A stretch of DNA of 64,000 bases, taken from Saccostrea echinata (taxonomy: Eukaryota). Location of the stretch: the NCBI RefSeq assembly GCF_033153115.1, contig NW_026889761.1, forward strand, positions 10,230,001 to 10,294,000, in the 5' to 3' direction. The position numbers and the translations under genes are program-made. The stretch's first letter is position 1; each line of letters begins with the position of its first letter. The notes below the pieces were generated by a model, which saw only the letters and a program-made list of their open reading frames with translations, did no database searches and had not been told where the DNA came from. Below, one piece after another: positions 49,739 through 62,146 of the stretch.

Positions 49739-50880
49739 GGTGGCAATATTCCAGAATACATATCGTCACGAGATTCATTATCCTTAGGTTTAGAGTCTTC
49801 TAAGTCTTGAGCAATTTTTTCATCTAGTTCTTTAACAAATGTCTTAACCCTCTGAGTTAACGTTAGAAATTTGACTTTCGTTTCCTGTATTTGTTTATCT
49901 AGTCTTTCTTGACGTTTGTTTGGCATGTTGTCATTGTTTCCATCCATTCCTGTTAACTCTCTCATTTGTCTCAAAGACATCATCACCGGTTTTGACTTTT
50001 GCTGGCAAACCATTTTGATTCGGGATTTTGACTCTATTTCTTCCTCAATATCTGACTTGCTTCCTTCCGTTGCCGAAGAATTCTTCCGATTCTGTGCAGT
50101 ATTCACACCCGATCTTTGTTTCATGTCTTCAGTCTTTTCTCGATTTAGACTTCTTTGCCCAGAAGCGGTACTAGTTTGAGGTTTTGCACTATCTGTAGAT
50201 TTGTCAGATTTTTTTGATCTTTTTGATAATGTTATTGTTGGAGCAGTCTGTTCCCTCCTGTATTGCTGGCGAATTTTCTTTAAGCAATTGTCCGAGGCAG
50301 GTAGCACTGTTGTGTACCAGTCTTCGGGGTATTTTAAAGCACGGTTCTTTTTTCCACCTTCGGATTGATCTTCAGTTTTTGTGTCTTCTGCAGGCGCACG
50401 TTTTTCGCGCTTCTTTGCTCGTTCGAATTCTTTTTCACTCACAAATTCCTCGTGTTTACTCGCACTGTGTGCTCTTGTTTTGCTTTTTGGTTTCTCTGTC
50501 GGTTCCCGCTCTTCTGATTTGGCGCGTGACTTCTTGAAGTAACTTCCGGTCGTGTGAGGTCTGGTTTTCTTCTCGGGTTTTGGTATTGCACTTGATGTAT
50601 AATAATTCTCTAGAGTTTGTAGGAACTTCTTGGTCTGTGCAGATGAGGCATCTTTCATAGCCTGCAGGTTGTCAATTTCCCGTTTGAGCTCTTGGATCTC
50701 AATGTTTCGTACCATCTCCTGTCTATGCTTGTCTTTATGAAGTTCATCCAAGAACTTAGCGAGACGTTCTGCAAGTCGTTCATTTTCAAAATAGATATTA
50801 CTATGGTCCACCAAGAGAAGTTGCTCTATTTTACTTTTCTTCTTTCCGCGTTTTCTTAATTCGGATATTGCATCGTTCAT
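49714..50880 (-). CDS. Uncharacterised 388-aa Lys/Glu/Ser-rich protein with predicted coiled-coil segments; single coding exon
   Basis: Long intact ORF in AT-rich DNA; first ATG at 50880 (the track's start at 50892 is a GTG); in-frame TAA just upstream; splice acceptor ctttcattcTAG at ~50915-50917. Confidence 0.75.
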   Translation of the reverse strand: MNDAISELRKRGKKKSKIEQLLLVDHSNIYFENERLAERLAKFLDELHKDKHRQEMVRNIEIQELKREIDNLQAMKDASSAQTKKFLQTLENYYTSSAIPKPEKKTRPHTTGSYFKKSRAKSEEREPTEKPKSKTRAHSASKHEEFVSEKEFERAKKREKRAPAEDTKTEDQSEGGKKNRALKYPEDWYTTVLPASDNCLKKIRQQYRREQTAPTITLSKRSKKSDKSTDSAKPQTSTASGQRSLNREKTEDMKQRSGVNTAQNRKNSSATEGSKSDIEEEIESKSRIKMVCQQKSKPVMMSLRQMRELTGMDGNNDNMPNKRQERLDKQIQETKVKFLTLTQRVKTFVKELDEKIAQDLEDSKPKDNESRDDMYSGILPPDHVAVPT

Positions 50881-52308
50881 GCTGCTGTGCACATACTTTA
50901 CTGTTTCCTCTTAACTAGAATGAAAGATTAAAAGATTTTTTCAGTGAAAAAAATTAAAATGGAAAGAAATACTTGTATACAATGAAACACTATAATGTAG
51001 GCTTCATAATGACATAAAATATCGTAACCCTCGAATGTAATGAATTGTTCTGACTCAGCAGAAAAGCATGAACAAATAAATAAATTGAAAAAAGGAAAAA
51101 GTTATAAAAATGCGTGTAAATTTTTCTTGCAGATTTGTTTAATGCGATTTAATATTCTTTTACACATTGACAATTTATCAAATAATCTTTGACCCGAACT
51201 ACTAGCTATTTTTTTCATTGATGTGTCACTTGTAGCGAGATGACGATAATGAAACAATTTATATGTTTCAATCGCCCATGATTTGGCATATTATTTTTCC
51301 GAAAGAGTTTGATGCCCCTTAAGCAAACGACTTGGGTATATCTTTTGTTTACCCCAGGTTTAATGAGATTTGCTAAATTGTCTTTGGGAATATCACCCTG
51401 GACCTTTAAATGTTTAGGAGTCGGTGTTAGACTTGATTATGAGATAAGTTTATACATAAGAGGTGTTAGTTTTATGCATATTTTTTGGTCTATACATAAT
51501 AGTATCTAAACGCCTAACCACAGTGTGTATTTCCGAGATTGCAATCTCTACACATTTTATTTTAAATTCTAACTGGAGAGTGTGGAGTATAATGAGAAAA
51601 AAAATGTTAAAATAAGGAAAAGTTACTGTATCGAGAACAAAGATTTTTAGTCTAATTATTCTATTTTTAAACAGATATAACTTTTTCCTACTTTTTATAC
51701 TCTTAGACCGACCGTCCTATCAAACAACACATTACAATAGATTACATTTAGTGGAATGATATTGTCCGAACATATCTAAACCCAAGTATTTACAATATGT
51801 TTCCAATATACAAACAAACAAATTCATGGATTCATTCATGACTTTTTGCAGACCTAATTGGTCTCTTCTAAAGATCAAATAAAAGTATCATTATCAAATA
51901 GCAAGACTAATTAAAAATAAGCATTATTATACTAGGCAATCGCTCCGGAGAATGTGAACCACTGAATATTCTGGAGCAAAGCATCTCATCGAATAGAAAA
52001 ATGCTATTAATTAATAATTTATCAAAATTCGCATCAAGTCATCGAATCATTTGCATCATTTTTGGTCAAAAGTTTTGCAAGATTAATATTCTAAATTGTG
52101 TAGGAATTGTAAGTTGTGTTTGGTCGTAAGGTTGTAGACTGTGTAAGAATTATACGGTGTGCTGGCTTATAAGTTATTTGGATTGTTGAATTTAGGATTG
52201 TAAATTTTACAGGTTTGTAGATTGCGTATAGGTTGTGCAAGGTTGTAAATTGTGTTTGATTGTAAGTTGAGTACAGTAGGGTTTTATTGTTATGTAGGAT
52301 TGTAAATA

Positions 52309-53497
52309 TACTGAAAGGAAAAAGAAACGCAGGGTAACATAATATGCGAATTTTTTTTTACTGTATAACCGAAAATTATGAAAATTGGTCAGAGGGATAT
52401 CTTGGTTACTGTGCATTAAAATCAGTGTTCAGAACTACTCAACCGTGAAATGTTTGACGTCAAATAAGGAAAATAGTAAAAAGTCGAAAGCACGTGCATA
52501 TCGATGACGACATGTTTTTCAACACATCTCGTAGTACCATTTGCTGCACTTAAGTTATACACATCGTTTTTCGATATTAACATTCGATTTGCATTCCTTG
52601 AAATCAAGATACGGTTGACGGAAGTACCATGGGGTCTGGCTATCGCATAGCCTAAGTAAAGACAAAGGCATACAGGTTTATGTGCAGTTTGTTGTGAAGT
52701 TTTCCACAATAGAACATCTTACCCGTCCTCAGAGAGGGCGTAGAAAGGTTTCCAACCAACCGTGACGATGACGTTGACGTGTAACAGCACCACGTCAAGA
52801 TCGGGTTATTCATCCTGCAACCTGTATAATCACCATCACACTACCCTGAAACTGCTTTTAATACAGCAGGCTATCATGATCGTTATATTCACCCCAAAAC
52901 TGAAGGAAATCGATGGCGATTTTGGTTTGTGAGCTCGTCAACTTTACGTACGTGTTCCTCTAACTTGCGCATGCTTGCTTCGTTTGCCTATTTTTGGGGG
53001 GCATGTTAACCCCCATACCAATGCTGCCAGGATTTGTCAACATTTTCTCGCAAACAATCACATCTATCCACTTCACTGGTCTCTGTCAAGTCAATCGTTT
53101 TCGCATCAAACGTCTGTGGGACTACGTGGACGAAAGGGACTAAATTTTCCAAGCTGGTCTCAATTAACTAAGGGCTGCCTTCTCGGAAGGGTTGAAAAAT
53201 ATCCCTATTAGAAGGATAAACACACAGATGAACTCCATTCATAGGAGAATCAAGGCTGTGATAGATGTGCGAGGGAGACATGTGAGATAATGAGAATTTT
53301 CATTTTTCACTTTTGGCGGCTACCGTCATATGAGTTTCAATAACTCATGAATTATTGGGGAAAATCAAATGAGATTTTGGTAACATTTTTATTAAAGATG
53401 ATTTTAAATGTAAGGTAGGATAACTGGAAAATACGTCTGAAATATATAACCTTATTTCACCTAAAAGTTTACCCTGCGTTTCTTCTTCCTTTCAGTA
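52309..53497 (+). mobile_element. Internally deleted Tc1-like transposon with transposase pseudogene
   Basis: TIR tactgaaaggaaaaagaaacgcagggta / taccctgcgtttcttcttcctttcagta with TA flanks; remnant 'PHT.AARICQHFLANNHIYPLHW' followed by a decayed WPxxSPDLNPIE..W-like region. Confidence 0.8.
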
Positions 53498-53689
53498 TAG
53501 ATTATAAATAATGTAGGATTATTTGAAATGGTTGTAAGTTGTGTAGTATTATAATGTTGTATAGGATTGTAAGTTGTGTAATGTTGTAAGTTGCTCGAGG
53601 TTGTAAATTGTGTTGGATTGTAGATTAATTGTGTAGGGTTTTACTGTAACATAGGTTTGTAAGTTGGGTAGGCTTGAAAATGAATTGTA

Positions 53690-54949
53690 CGAAGGTTGTC
53701 CGGTAAAATTGTGGACAAGTAGTCTAGAGCAAAAAGTAATCTACACTGCTTTCTAAAATTTTCCCTACTTTTTAATACACTTTTCATCAATATACATAAC
53801 AAATTTCAAAGAGTTATATGTTCAAATAAACAAAATATGGAATTTTATGTTATGTGTTGTATGTCCTTACGGGCACGGATGATAACGTCAAAATGTCTAA
53901 AGCAACGTCACGTTTCATGTTTGCTTAATAATTCCGGGAATTCGTCGCACACACTCAGGTTTCCCTTTATTCCTCAATACACATTAAACAAGAACCAATT
54001 TCGCACACATATGGGACCTTATAAAACTTGTAGTAGTAAGTTATGGAAGGTACACTCACTTTTCACTGAACTAAATAGGCAGTCTTTTTTTCGACGGTCT
54101 GCCATGATAGCGTCTTTCGTTATTGCATATACTGTAGATTCCTAAATATACGCGAGGTATAAATTACCGCGTAATTACGCGAGAAGAACCGCTCGCGAAA
54201 TAAAATTACTCGCTTTTATTTTTATGGTGCTTTAATGTATGTAAATCTCTAGATAAATCACCCATTCGCGAATTATTATTCTCGCAATTTGACGCCCTTG
54301 GGTCATTTCGCGATAATAAGTACTCGCGTAAAATAAGGAATCTACAGTAATTGAATTTCTGTATGTTTTGATTTACCGGGGAACTCGATCAAAAAGCTTC
54401 CGCTTAAAAATGCCCATTCCACTGTATTCTAATGTATAAGTGAAATTTTTATATTTTGTTATCATTTAAAGTCTCTTAAGGCGTCATTACTAAATCAACA
54501 AATAACTGAACTGCTTTTCGGTGCTTTTCGTCATCAAATATCACCATTTTTCGTGTGTTGCATTTACTACTTTCCCATTTCAATTACAAAGTCTCGGAAA
54601 ACTGCCAAAAGTTGAAAAAATTCCTTGAAATTTTCCAAATGATGACATAATAGATAGTGAATTAAAAATATGACAATTTTTACCCAAACCTTACCTATTT
54701 AATACTTTTATTTCGAAATAATACTCGCACATTCCCCGATAAAACCCTGATTTTTGGTCGTGCGCCGTAGGACCATACCCTGTGTACACTCGCGTATACA
54801 TAGTAATAAAATCCTTATGTTTGCCTATAATTAAAAAAAAAATATCTACTTAAATATAATAAATAAACACTTGAGGAAAATTTCAGCTCAGTGCGTGCAT
54901 TATTTTTCGATAAAAACGCGATGTCCACGATTTTACCGGTCAACCCTCG
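53690..54949. mobile_element. Non-autonomous mariner-like element
   Basis: TA|cgaaggttgtccggtaaaattgtggaca ... tgtccacgattttaccggtcaaccctcg|TA. Confidence 0.8.
54132..54347. mobile_element. Nested TA-flanked MITE
   Basis: TA|ctgtagattcct..tacgcgag ... ctcgcgta..aggaatctacag|TA; rich in cgcga motifs. Confidence 0.8.
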
Positions 54950-55382
54950 TAAGTTGTGTAGGATTATAAGTTGCGCACGGATGTGTCGCTCTGTAGGATT
55001 GTAAGTTGCTTAGGGATTAAGTTCTCTAGGGTTGTAAGTTGTGTAGGATTGTTAATTATCCGGTATGTAGGATTGTAAATTAAGTAGGGTTGTAAGTAGT
55101 ATAGGATTGTAAGATGTGAAGAATTGTTTAAAAGTTATAAAGGATTGTAAGGTATATGTATGATTGTAAGTTCTGAATTATTGTCAGTTGTTGTTGTTGG
55201 GCTGTAACTTTTGAAAGATTGTAAGTCGTTTAGGTTTTTAAGTTGTGCAGGGGTGTAAATTTTGTAAGGGTGTAAGTTGTGTAGAAATGTAAGTGCGGTT
55301 ATATGGTGTTCTAGGTTGTGCTTTTATGTTATGGATGCCATTCTAGGAATCGTTGGTAATATTTTGCCTTTGCAATGTGATA

Positions 55383-56497
55383 TTTTTATGCCCCGCCATG
55401 AATATGGCCGGGGCATATAGTGTTTGTCATGTCCGTCTTCCGTCCTTCCGTCTGTCTTTCCGTCACACTTTGCGTTTAGCTCTGTTCAAAGCTCAGTTTC
55501 AAAGAATCTATCCAAGATATTTTTATCAAACTTCATATGCTGATAGATATTGATGAGAGCTATGCAACTGCATCAACATTTTTTGACCTTGACCTTGCCT
55601 TTGACCTTGACCTCACTTTTTTTAAATTAGTGTTTAGCTCAGTTTTAAAGATACCATTCAAGATAGTGTAATCAAACTTCATATGTTGATACATACTGAT
55701 GTAAGCTATTCAACTGCATCAACATTTTTTGACCTTGACCTTTCTTTTGACCTTGACCTCACTTTTCTTAAATTAGTTTTTAGCTCAGTTTTAATGAAAC
55801 AATTCAAGATATTTTTAATAAACTTCATATGCTGATACATACTGATGAGAGCTATTCAACTGCATCAATATTTTTAACCTTGACCTTTCCTTTGAACTTG
55901 ACCTTACTTTTCTTAAATTAGTGTTTAGCTCAGTTTTAAAGATACCATTCAACACAGTGTTATCAAACTTCATATGCTGATACATACTGATGAGAGCTAT
56001 TCAACTGCATCAACATTTTTTGACCTTGACCTTTCCTTTGACCTTGACCTCACTTTTCTTAAATTAGTGTCAAACTTCATATGCTGATACATACTGATGA
56101 GAGCTATTCAACTGCATCAATATTTTTTTGACCTTGACCTTTCCTTTGACCTTGAGCTCACTTTTTTTAAAATTACTGTTTAGCTCAGTTTTAAAGAAAC
56201 CATTCATAATATTTTTATCAAACTTCATATGCTAATACATACTGATGTATCCTTTTCAACTGCATCAACAATTTTTGACCTTGACCGTTCCTTTGACCTT
56301 GACCTCACTTTTCTTAAATTAGTGTCAAACTTCATATGCTGATACATACTGATGTAAGCTATTCAACTGCATCAATATTTTTTCACCTTGACCTTTCCTT
56401 TGACCCTTACCTCACTTTTCTCAATTTGTGTTAAAATGTTGCATTACTAATATACCCTCGGCGGGGCATTCATGTCCTATGGACATATTTCTAGTTT
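55383..56497 (+). mobile_element. HINE/Helitron-like element with ~120-bp internal tandem array
   Basis: 5' tttttatgccccgcc..ggccggggcata, (ccgt)n microsatellite, ~8 repeats with aaacttcatatgctgatacatactgatg..gaccttgacc, 3' ggcggggcattcatgtcctatggacat..ctagtttt. Confidence 0.8.
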
Positions 56498-59400
56498 TAA
56501 ATGTTGTTTATACTGTTGATACAATATTTAAGACTTAAAGTCTTTTATGTCCTGTACTTATATTTGTGATCGGTAGGTTACATCAGTAGTATTAATATCA
56601 CTATAAGATTAAAAAGAAACGTTTTGCAAGCAAGACACAAGCAAGAATAAGCTACACACATAATCCCTGTACTTGAAATGGGAAAAAAATGTCAATACTT
56701 ACTTTTCATGCACACAAAATGTGAATTAAATGTTAGACGGAATTTAAGGTCATTCATGAAAAGTAAGTATACTCACACATTGGATTTCTATAAATGATAC
56801 GAACATTTCAATACTATAGTTAAGTTGAGCCATTTTTTAGAGTCAACACATCATTGGCATAGCATACATTGTGTACTGCAACATTTAAACTCTTAACAAT
56901 ATTTTAGGATATGGGTAACAATGTAATATTACTCCTATAATGATGATAATGCAGAATCTGCCATGAATTCTGTAGAACATATGGAATTGCATGACCCTGT
57001 GATTTATCCAAGTTACTCTGACATGTCTCTTTGTTTCTCTGAAGTTAAAGTACAAGAACGAAGAAGTATGTGGCGAACCCCCATGTTCCGTGAAGAGATT
57101 TAAATAATATCCAATGTTTCACAAGATTTGATACAGGTATTTAAAACAAACCAACAACTAATGTTAAAACATCACTTGATTTGTTTGAAATATATTTCAA
57201 TAGCATTTAAGAAGAAATACATGTCTTTATGTGTGAAAAAAAATGTATAAAATTTCCAGTATCAATAGAAATGCCGGTTTTATCGTGTACTGGTATAATT
57301 TTCATAGCTTGGTTTTGAAAATATGAACATTTTAAATAAATGATTTGATAAGATCGTATTGATTTCACGTGGGTGAAGATTTGAAAATACAGAAACGACG
57401 TTCTGTTTAACTTGAACGTGTGTTTATTTCCAGATATAAGGATTTAATGTTAAAAAAGAAGTAAATTTTATTTCAAAATTTATATTGCAAATTGTCGAAT
57501 TTATGTACCCTCCTCTCCCTCCAAAAAATTAAAATACGTATCGAAAATCGTAGATATTAGTATTGTAAAACTATACTTAATTGTAACAAATATCTTAATG
57601 GAACTTATAAGAGAAATCAAACGTACCTATCAAATCTCCTCTTTTAGTGCCCTTAATTGAAGCCCCTTTAAGGAGTCCAGTCTCCTTTTGGTTACAACTT
57701 CATCCTTTTTGGACACTTAGATGTATATTCTGTTACGAGGAGACGAATATTGATCAGGTTTTGGACAGTTTTTGTCTTCGTGTTTCGGCGGTTTGTATCG
57801 TCTATAGTCCCAGTGATTGATCGTGAATATACACTCATTGTAAATCCATTGTTGTCCATTTAAAGATTCTTTTTAATTAACATCTATAGTCATTAGATTC
57901 ATGACTTAGTTAATATACAATATAGCTTGCGACTGATGAGACGATATAGACATAATTTAACGATAGGCGGTTTTGGTGGACATTTAACAGTTTTGTTTCC
58001 AGCGAAGCCAGGATTTTATCACAGAATTTTTAAAGTTCTGTTTAAAAGTTATCTTTAATACTCTGAACTTCAAAAAAGCAAACACCTTAAACAATGTATA
58101 TTTCCTAAAATGTATCAGAGATTGGCGTCTTGATACTCTTTGGTCGCAATATTCAAAATTTTATTTGTATTTTTTCAAACAATATGCTCTGCATGATGCG
58201 TTTAATTTATAATATTTTTGCAAAATGCTATTATGCAATGTCAAAAAAGAAAAACAAATGATTGCTGTGCATAGACGTCTGTTTTGAAATGTGAAACTGA
58301 CTTTTTACAACCTTCCAAAATACAAATGTAAAAGAGGAAAGCTTAATTTTTTTTCAAAATCCGCAATAAAGGATATTAATCTTCCAGATATCGCTGTGGT
58401 TTAAATTTGAATTTGCTATATAAATTTTTTTTTTTAATACACAAAACTCCTTCTACTACTTTTGACATGTTTTTGATTTCTTCACATTTAAGCAACTTTA
58501 GATTGTTATTTATTAAGTGTCCAGCTCTTTTTTTGAAAGGATTTGGTTCAAAAAATATAAAATAAAATAAAATGAACCTTTTTATATTTTAATTACTATG
58601 AATAATTGTTATTTGTGGCTAAATTTATCTCAAATAATGCCGAAAAATAGAATTTCTTTATCAGTCATATGTTTTATTATTTTGAATTGTTAAATGTGGA
58701 AAATGACTGATTGATTTATATATTGAACGATTAACTGATGGTCATATAGATAAGAGCTAATCTATAACAAATGTTTGGGTTTAAAATTGTCAATTGCTAG
58801 ATAGTGTTTTACAAATATTTAAAACTTTTCAGATTGTGAATCTAATTTTGTGAAAAGATAGTTTCATTTTTAAGAGTTATACAACAAACGAAGGATTGAT
58901 TTTTAATGCTTGAAATGTCAAAATAAAAAAATGTTTCGGGGAAGAGTTACAAACCACAAAGTCCTTGATGTACTAAAGGTCAGAAACAAGACAGAGTCAT
59001 TTCTTTTAAACACTATTTTTTAATTTAAGGCTATCTAATTTCATATCTCTGACCCTTATCTCCCTGATGTTAGTTTTGAGAAAAAAAGGTAAATTCACAA
59101 ATCACCGACTTCTAGATAGATAACACGCTTTTCTGGCTTGAAGAATATATTGAGGAAGGTATGTGTTGACTGGTGAAACTAGAGCATGGAATGATAACAT
59201 GAAACTCTTGCTCCCTTTTTTTCTCTTCAAAATTCATAGAAATCACATGGGAAATACGAATCATTTCTGATTTTCTTTCTTTAATGGATATTAGAATGTA
59301 TTTTGCTATGCCTGTAAACATTGTTATTTACCATTTTATGGCTTATTTTAGAGGGAACAATTAGAGCAAACTCTTAACAAGTTAATGCCATATATATTAA

Positions 59401-59779
59401 ATAAATGTATCACTGATACTGAAAAGGAAACGTTTACATTGAAGAACTACACGTAACAGGTGAATTGGAGTAAATATCATTCAGTAATTTCAATTAGAAG
59501 TCCATTATTTACGGCATCTTGTCCTATATAAATCTAATGTTTTAAGTATTTGTCAATTCCAAAGTTTAATATTATTTTTCAACCTCGTCAAATATAAATT
59601 TGATTTAGTCTTTTAATACATTGAACATTTCATTCTATATATTTCAAAATAAAATATAAAAATTGAAATCTTATGATAAACTCCTAGTCATGCTGCAGTT
59701 TGTATTCAAATGTGGAATTTTATCAATTTTCTCTTTTAAATTGAATTATTGGATTACTGTGCAACAATATTTTCGAGAG

Positions 59780-60900
59780 GTGGTGTAATGAAATATGAAG
59801 ATAACGAACAGTATTCAACAGAGATGTGGATACTTAAAAATTCCAAGGAACTTTTGGAAAATTTGAAATCACAGAATTTTACCAAAAACTACAACATAAA
59901 AACTTACGACTTTTCAACTTTATAAACAACCATTCCCCACGATAAATTAAAGTCCAGGCTTTTTGATATCATTGACTCCTGCTTTTTCAATAAAAAATGG
60001 AACTCGTAAATTTACTTACCTTGACACTAGTCATTTGCAAAATTATTTTGTTAAAAAACATTCTGATTGTACACACAAGTTCTCTGAAGTTGATATTAAA
60101 AAGATTCTTGAGTTTCTGATTGACAATGTCTATGTGGTTTTTGGAGACCAGGTCTTCCAACAATCTATTGGAATTCCCATGGGTACCAATTGCGCCCCGT
60201 TATTAGCAGACCTATTTTTGAATTCTTATGAAGCAGAATTGTGTAAAATCTTATACGTGAGAAGAAGAAAACGCTTGCTGTGGCCTTCAACTCGACATTT
60301 AGATATATCGGCGACGCATTTGTCGATTAACAATGGTTATTTCCATCCTTATATCGATACGATATATCCCGGTGAGCTTGAAATAAAGATACCACAGAGT
60401 CTGACACATCTGTTTTATATTTAGATATTTTACTAGAAAAAGACGTTAATGGTAATCTAACAACCAAGCTTTATGATAAACTTGATGACTTTATCTTTTC
60501 AATCGTCAACTTCCCTTACTTATGCAGCAATACACCTTCATCACCTGCATACGGGGTTTATATCTCTCAGTTGATTCGATATGCAAGAGCATGCTCTGCG
60601 TATGAACAATTTCTAAAAGGAGGTAAGTTATTGACAAACAAGTTGATGAAAAAAGAATATCAGCAGTCTCGTTTAATGTCGTCATTTCGGAAGTTCTATG
60701 GTCGATACAATGACCTCGTCAGCAAATACAATTTATCATGAAGTCAAATGCTGACTGACGTTTTTCATACTAATTGTCTACGGATTTTTTCGCTATTTCT
60801 CGATTTCTCACACGGCGGGTTTGACCGGTCGACAGGGGATACTCACTCCTCCATGGTACCTGATCTCACCTCTGATGTTTTAGAGGTCCGTGTTTGCTCT
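59780..60900 (+). mobile_element. 5'-truncated, frameshifted Penelope-like retroelement (Naiad-like) reverse transcriptase
   Basis: MWILKNSKELL, IKTYDFSTL, GIPMGTNCAPLLADLFL, decayed RYIDD (agatatatcggcgac), KLYDK.DDF.FSIVNFP, PAYGVYISQLIRYARACS; the ORF ends near 60740 without a C-terminal GIY-YIG. Confidence 0.82.
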
Positions 60901-62004
60901 GCTCCAAAATTTATATTGTTTAATGGACTTTTGAGCTTGAATACTGTTCTTTATCTCAATACATTTCAAAATATCTCGTTGGTACATTCAGTGTGTATAT
61001 CATTTTAAATCATCGAAGTAACTTAGTAATAGATTGTACACGTGTTTGTAGAATACTAGTAGTAAGTATTTGTAAATCAAGAGAATATTTTTACAAATTA
61101 ATTGGAAATTAAATATCTTCCATCACTGAGGTAGCATTGAAGGAACACCTACATGGGTTCTACATAGTATTGGTATTTTAATCATTGATAAAGCATAGTA
61201 TATTTAATTAACTAAAAACTATTAATAAGTAATTATAACAGATCTAGATATCACTTGTTCAAACATGTAGTTTTGTATTTTTTGAAATATCTTTTATTAC
61301 TGAGGTTGCATTAAATTCAAAGTTATAAAACCTATCTATATGCACATGTAATAACGATATTGGATTGTACTTGAAATTTTTATTGGTGTATCAATTAAAA
61401 ATCACTACAATGATGCTGAATTCTATCTGGAATTATGGGCGATGTTTTTATATATCCGTTATCCGTATAAACTAATAAAATGCATGAATATATCTACAAT
61501 GCAATATTTTTACTACAAAGATGTTAAAATAATACATACATGTATGAATTTTGAGTGTTCTTTTTAAAACACAATCATATATCTATTACACATGGATGGC
61601 GAAGACGTTTTATAATACTTAAATGGAGACAATATTATGAAAATGAATTTTAGTGTTACTTTTAAATTAATTATTATATACCCTTGGTATATCGATGATG
61701 TAGACATATATAATGTTGTGACATTACAATTCTTTATTTTGATATGTATACTATTGAACATTTTCAATCATTACAATATCAATGATTTGAAAGTGCAAGC
61801 AAATTTGTATTAAAACTGAAAATTAAAATAAGTATGACCTTAAGATTATTATACTAATATATGAAAAATACAACTATTTGGAATACGAAGAACCAGAACC
61901 AAAAATCTACACACTTCTGTATCCAGTAGTGTAATGTATCCTACCAATGCTTCGTTGACTCACTATCTCAAAAGCGATGAACTACCTGCCCCCTCCCTTG
62001 TTTA

Positions 62005-62146
62005 TACGTTTATATAACCACCTAATCTTAGCATCGGCTTCGTCAATCAATCTGGCACTACTGTGTGAGGGGGAGACGGAAGGATTCTACTGCTCATGAT
62101 TCCATCCAGCCTGAAGGTCGTCACTCGTGCTTACAGAAAAGGTCAG
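62005..62146 (+). other. Possible promoter and first exon of a downstream gene
   Basis: TATATAA near 62010, a GC-richer segment, then AG|GTCAGT donor at 62141; no coding support. Confidence 0.25.

Larger units (their letters stand above)
52095..55320 (+). repeat. Degenerate ~17-bp satellite (ggattgtaagttgtgta) interrupted by transposons
   Basis: Motif recurs at 52095-52305, 53500-53675 and 54950-55320. Confidence 0.75.

Noticed and set aside
49916-50537. Plus-strand ORFs of 87 and 107 aa
   Set aside because: Antisense shadows of the 388-aa minus-strand ORF.
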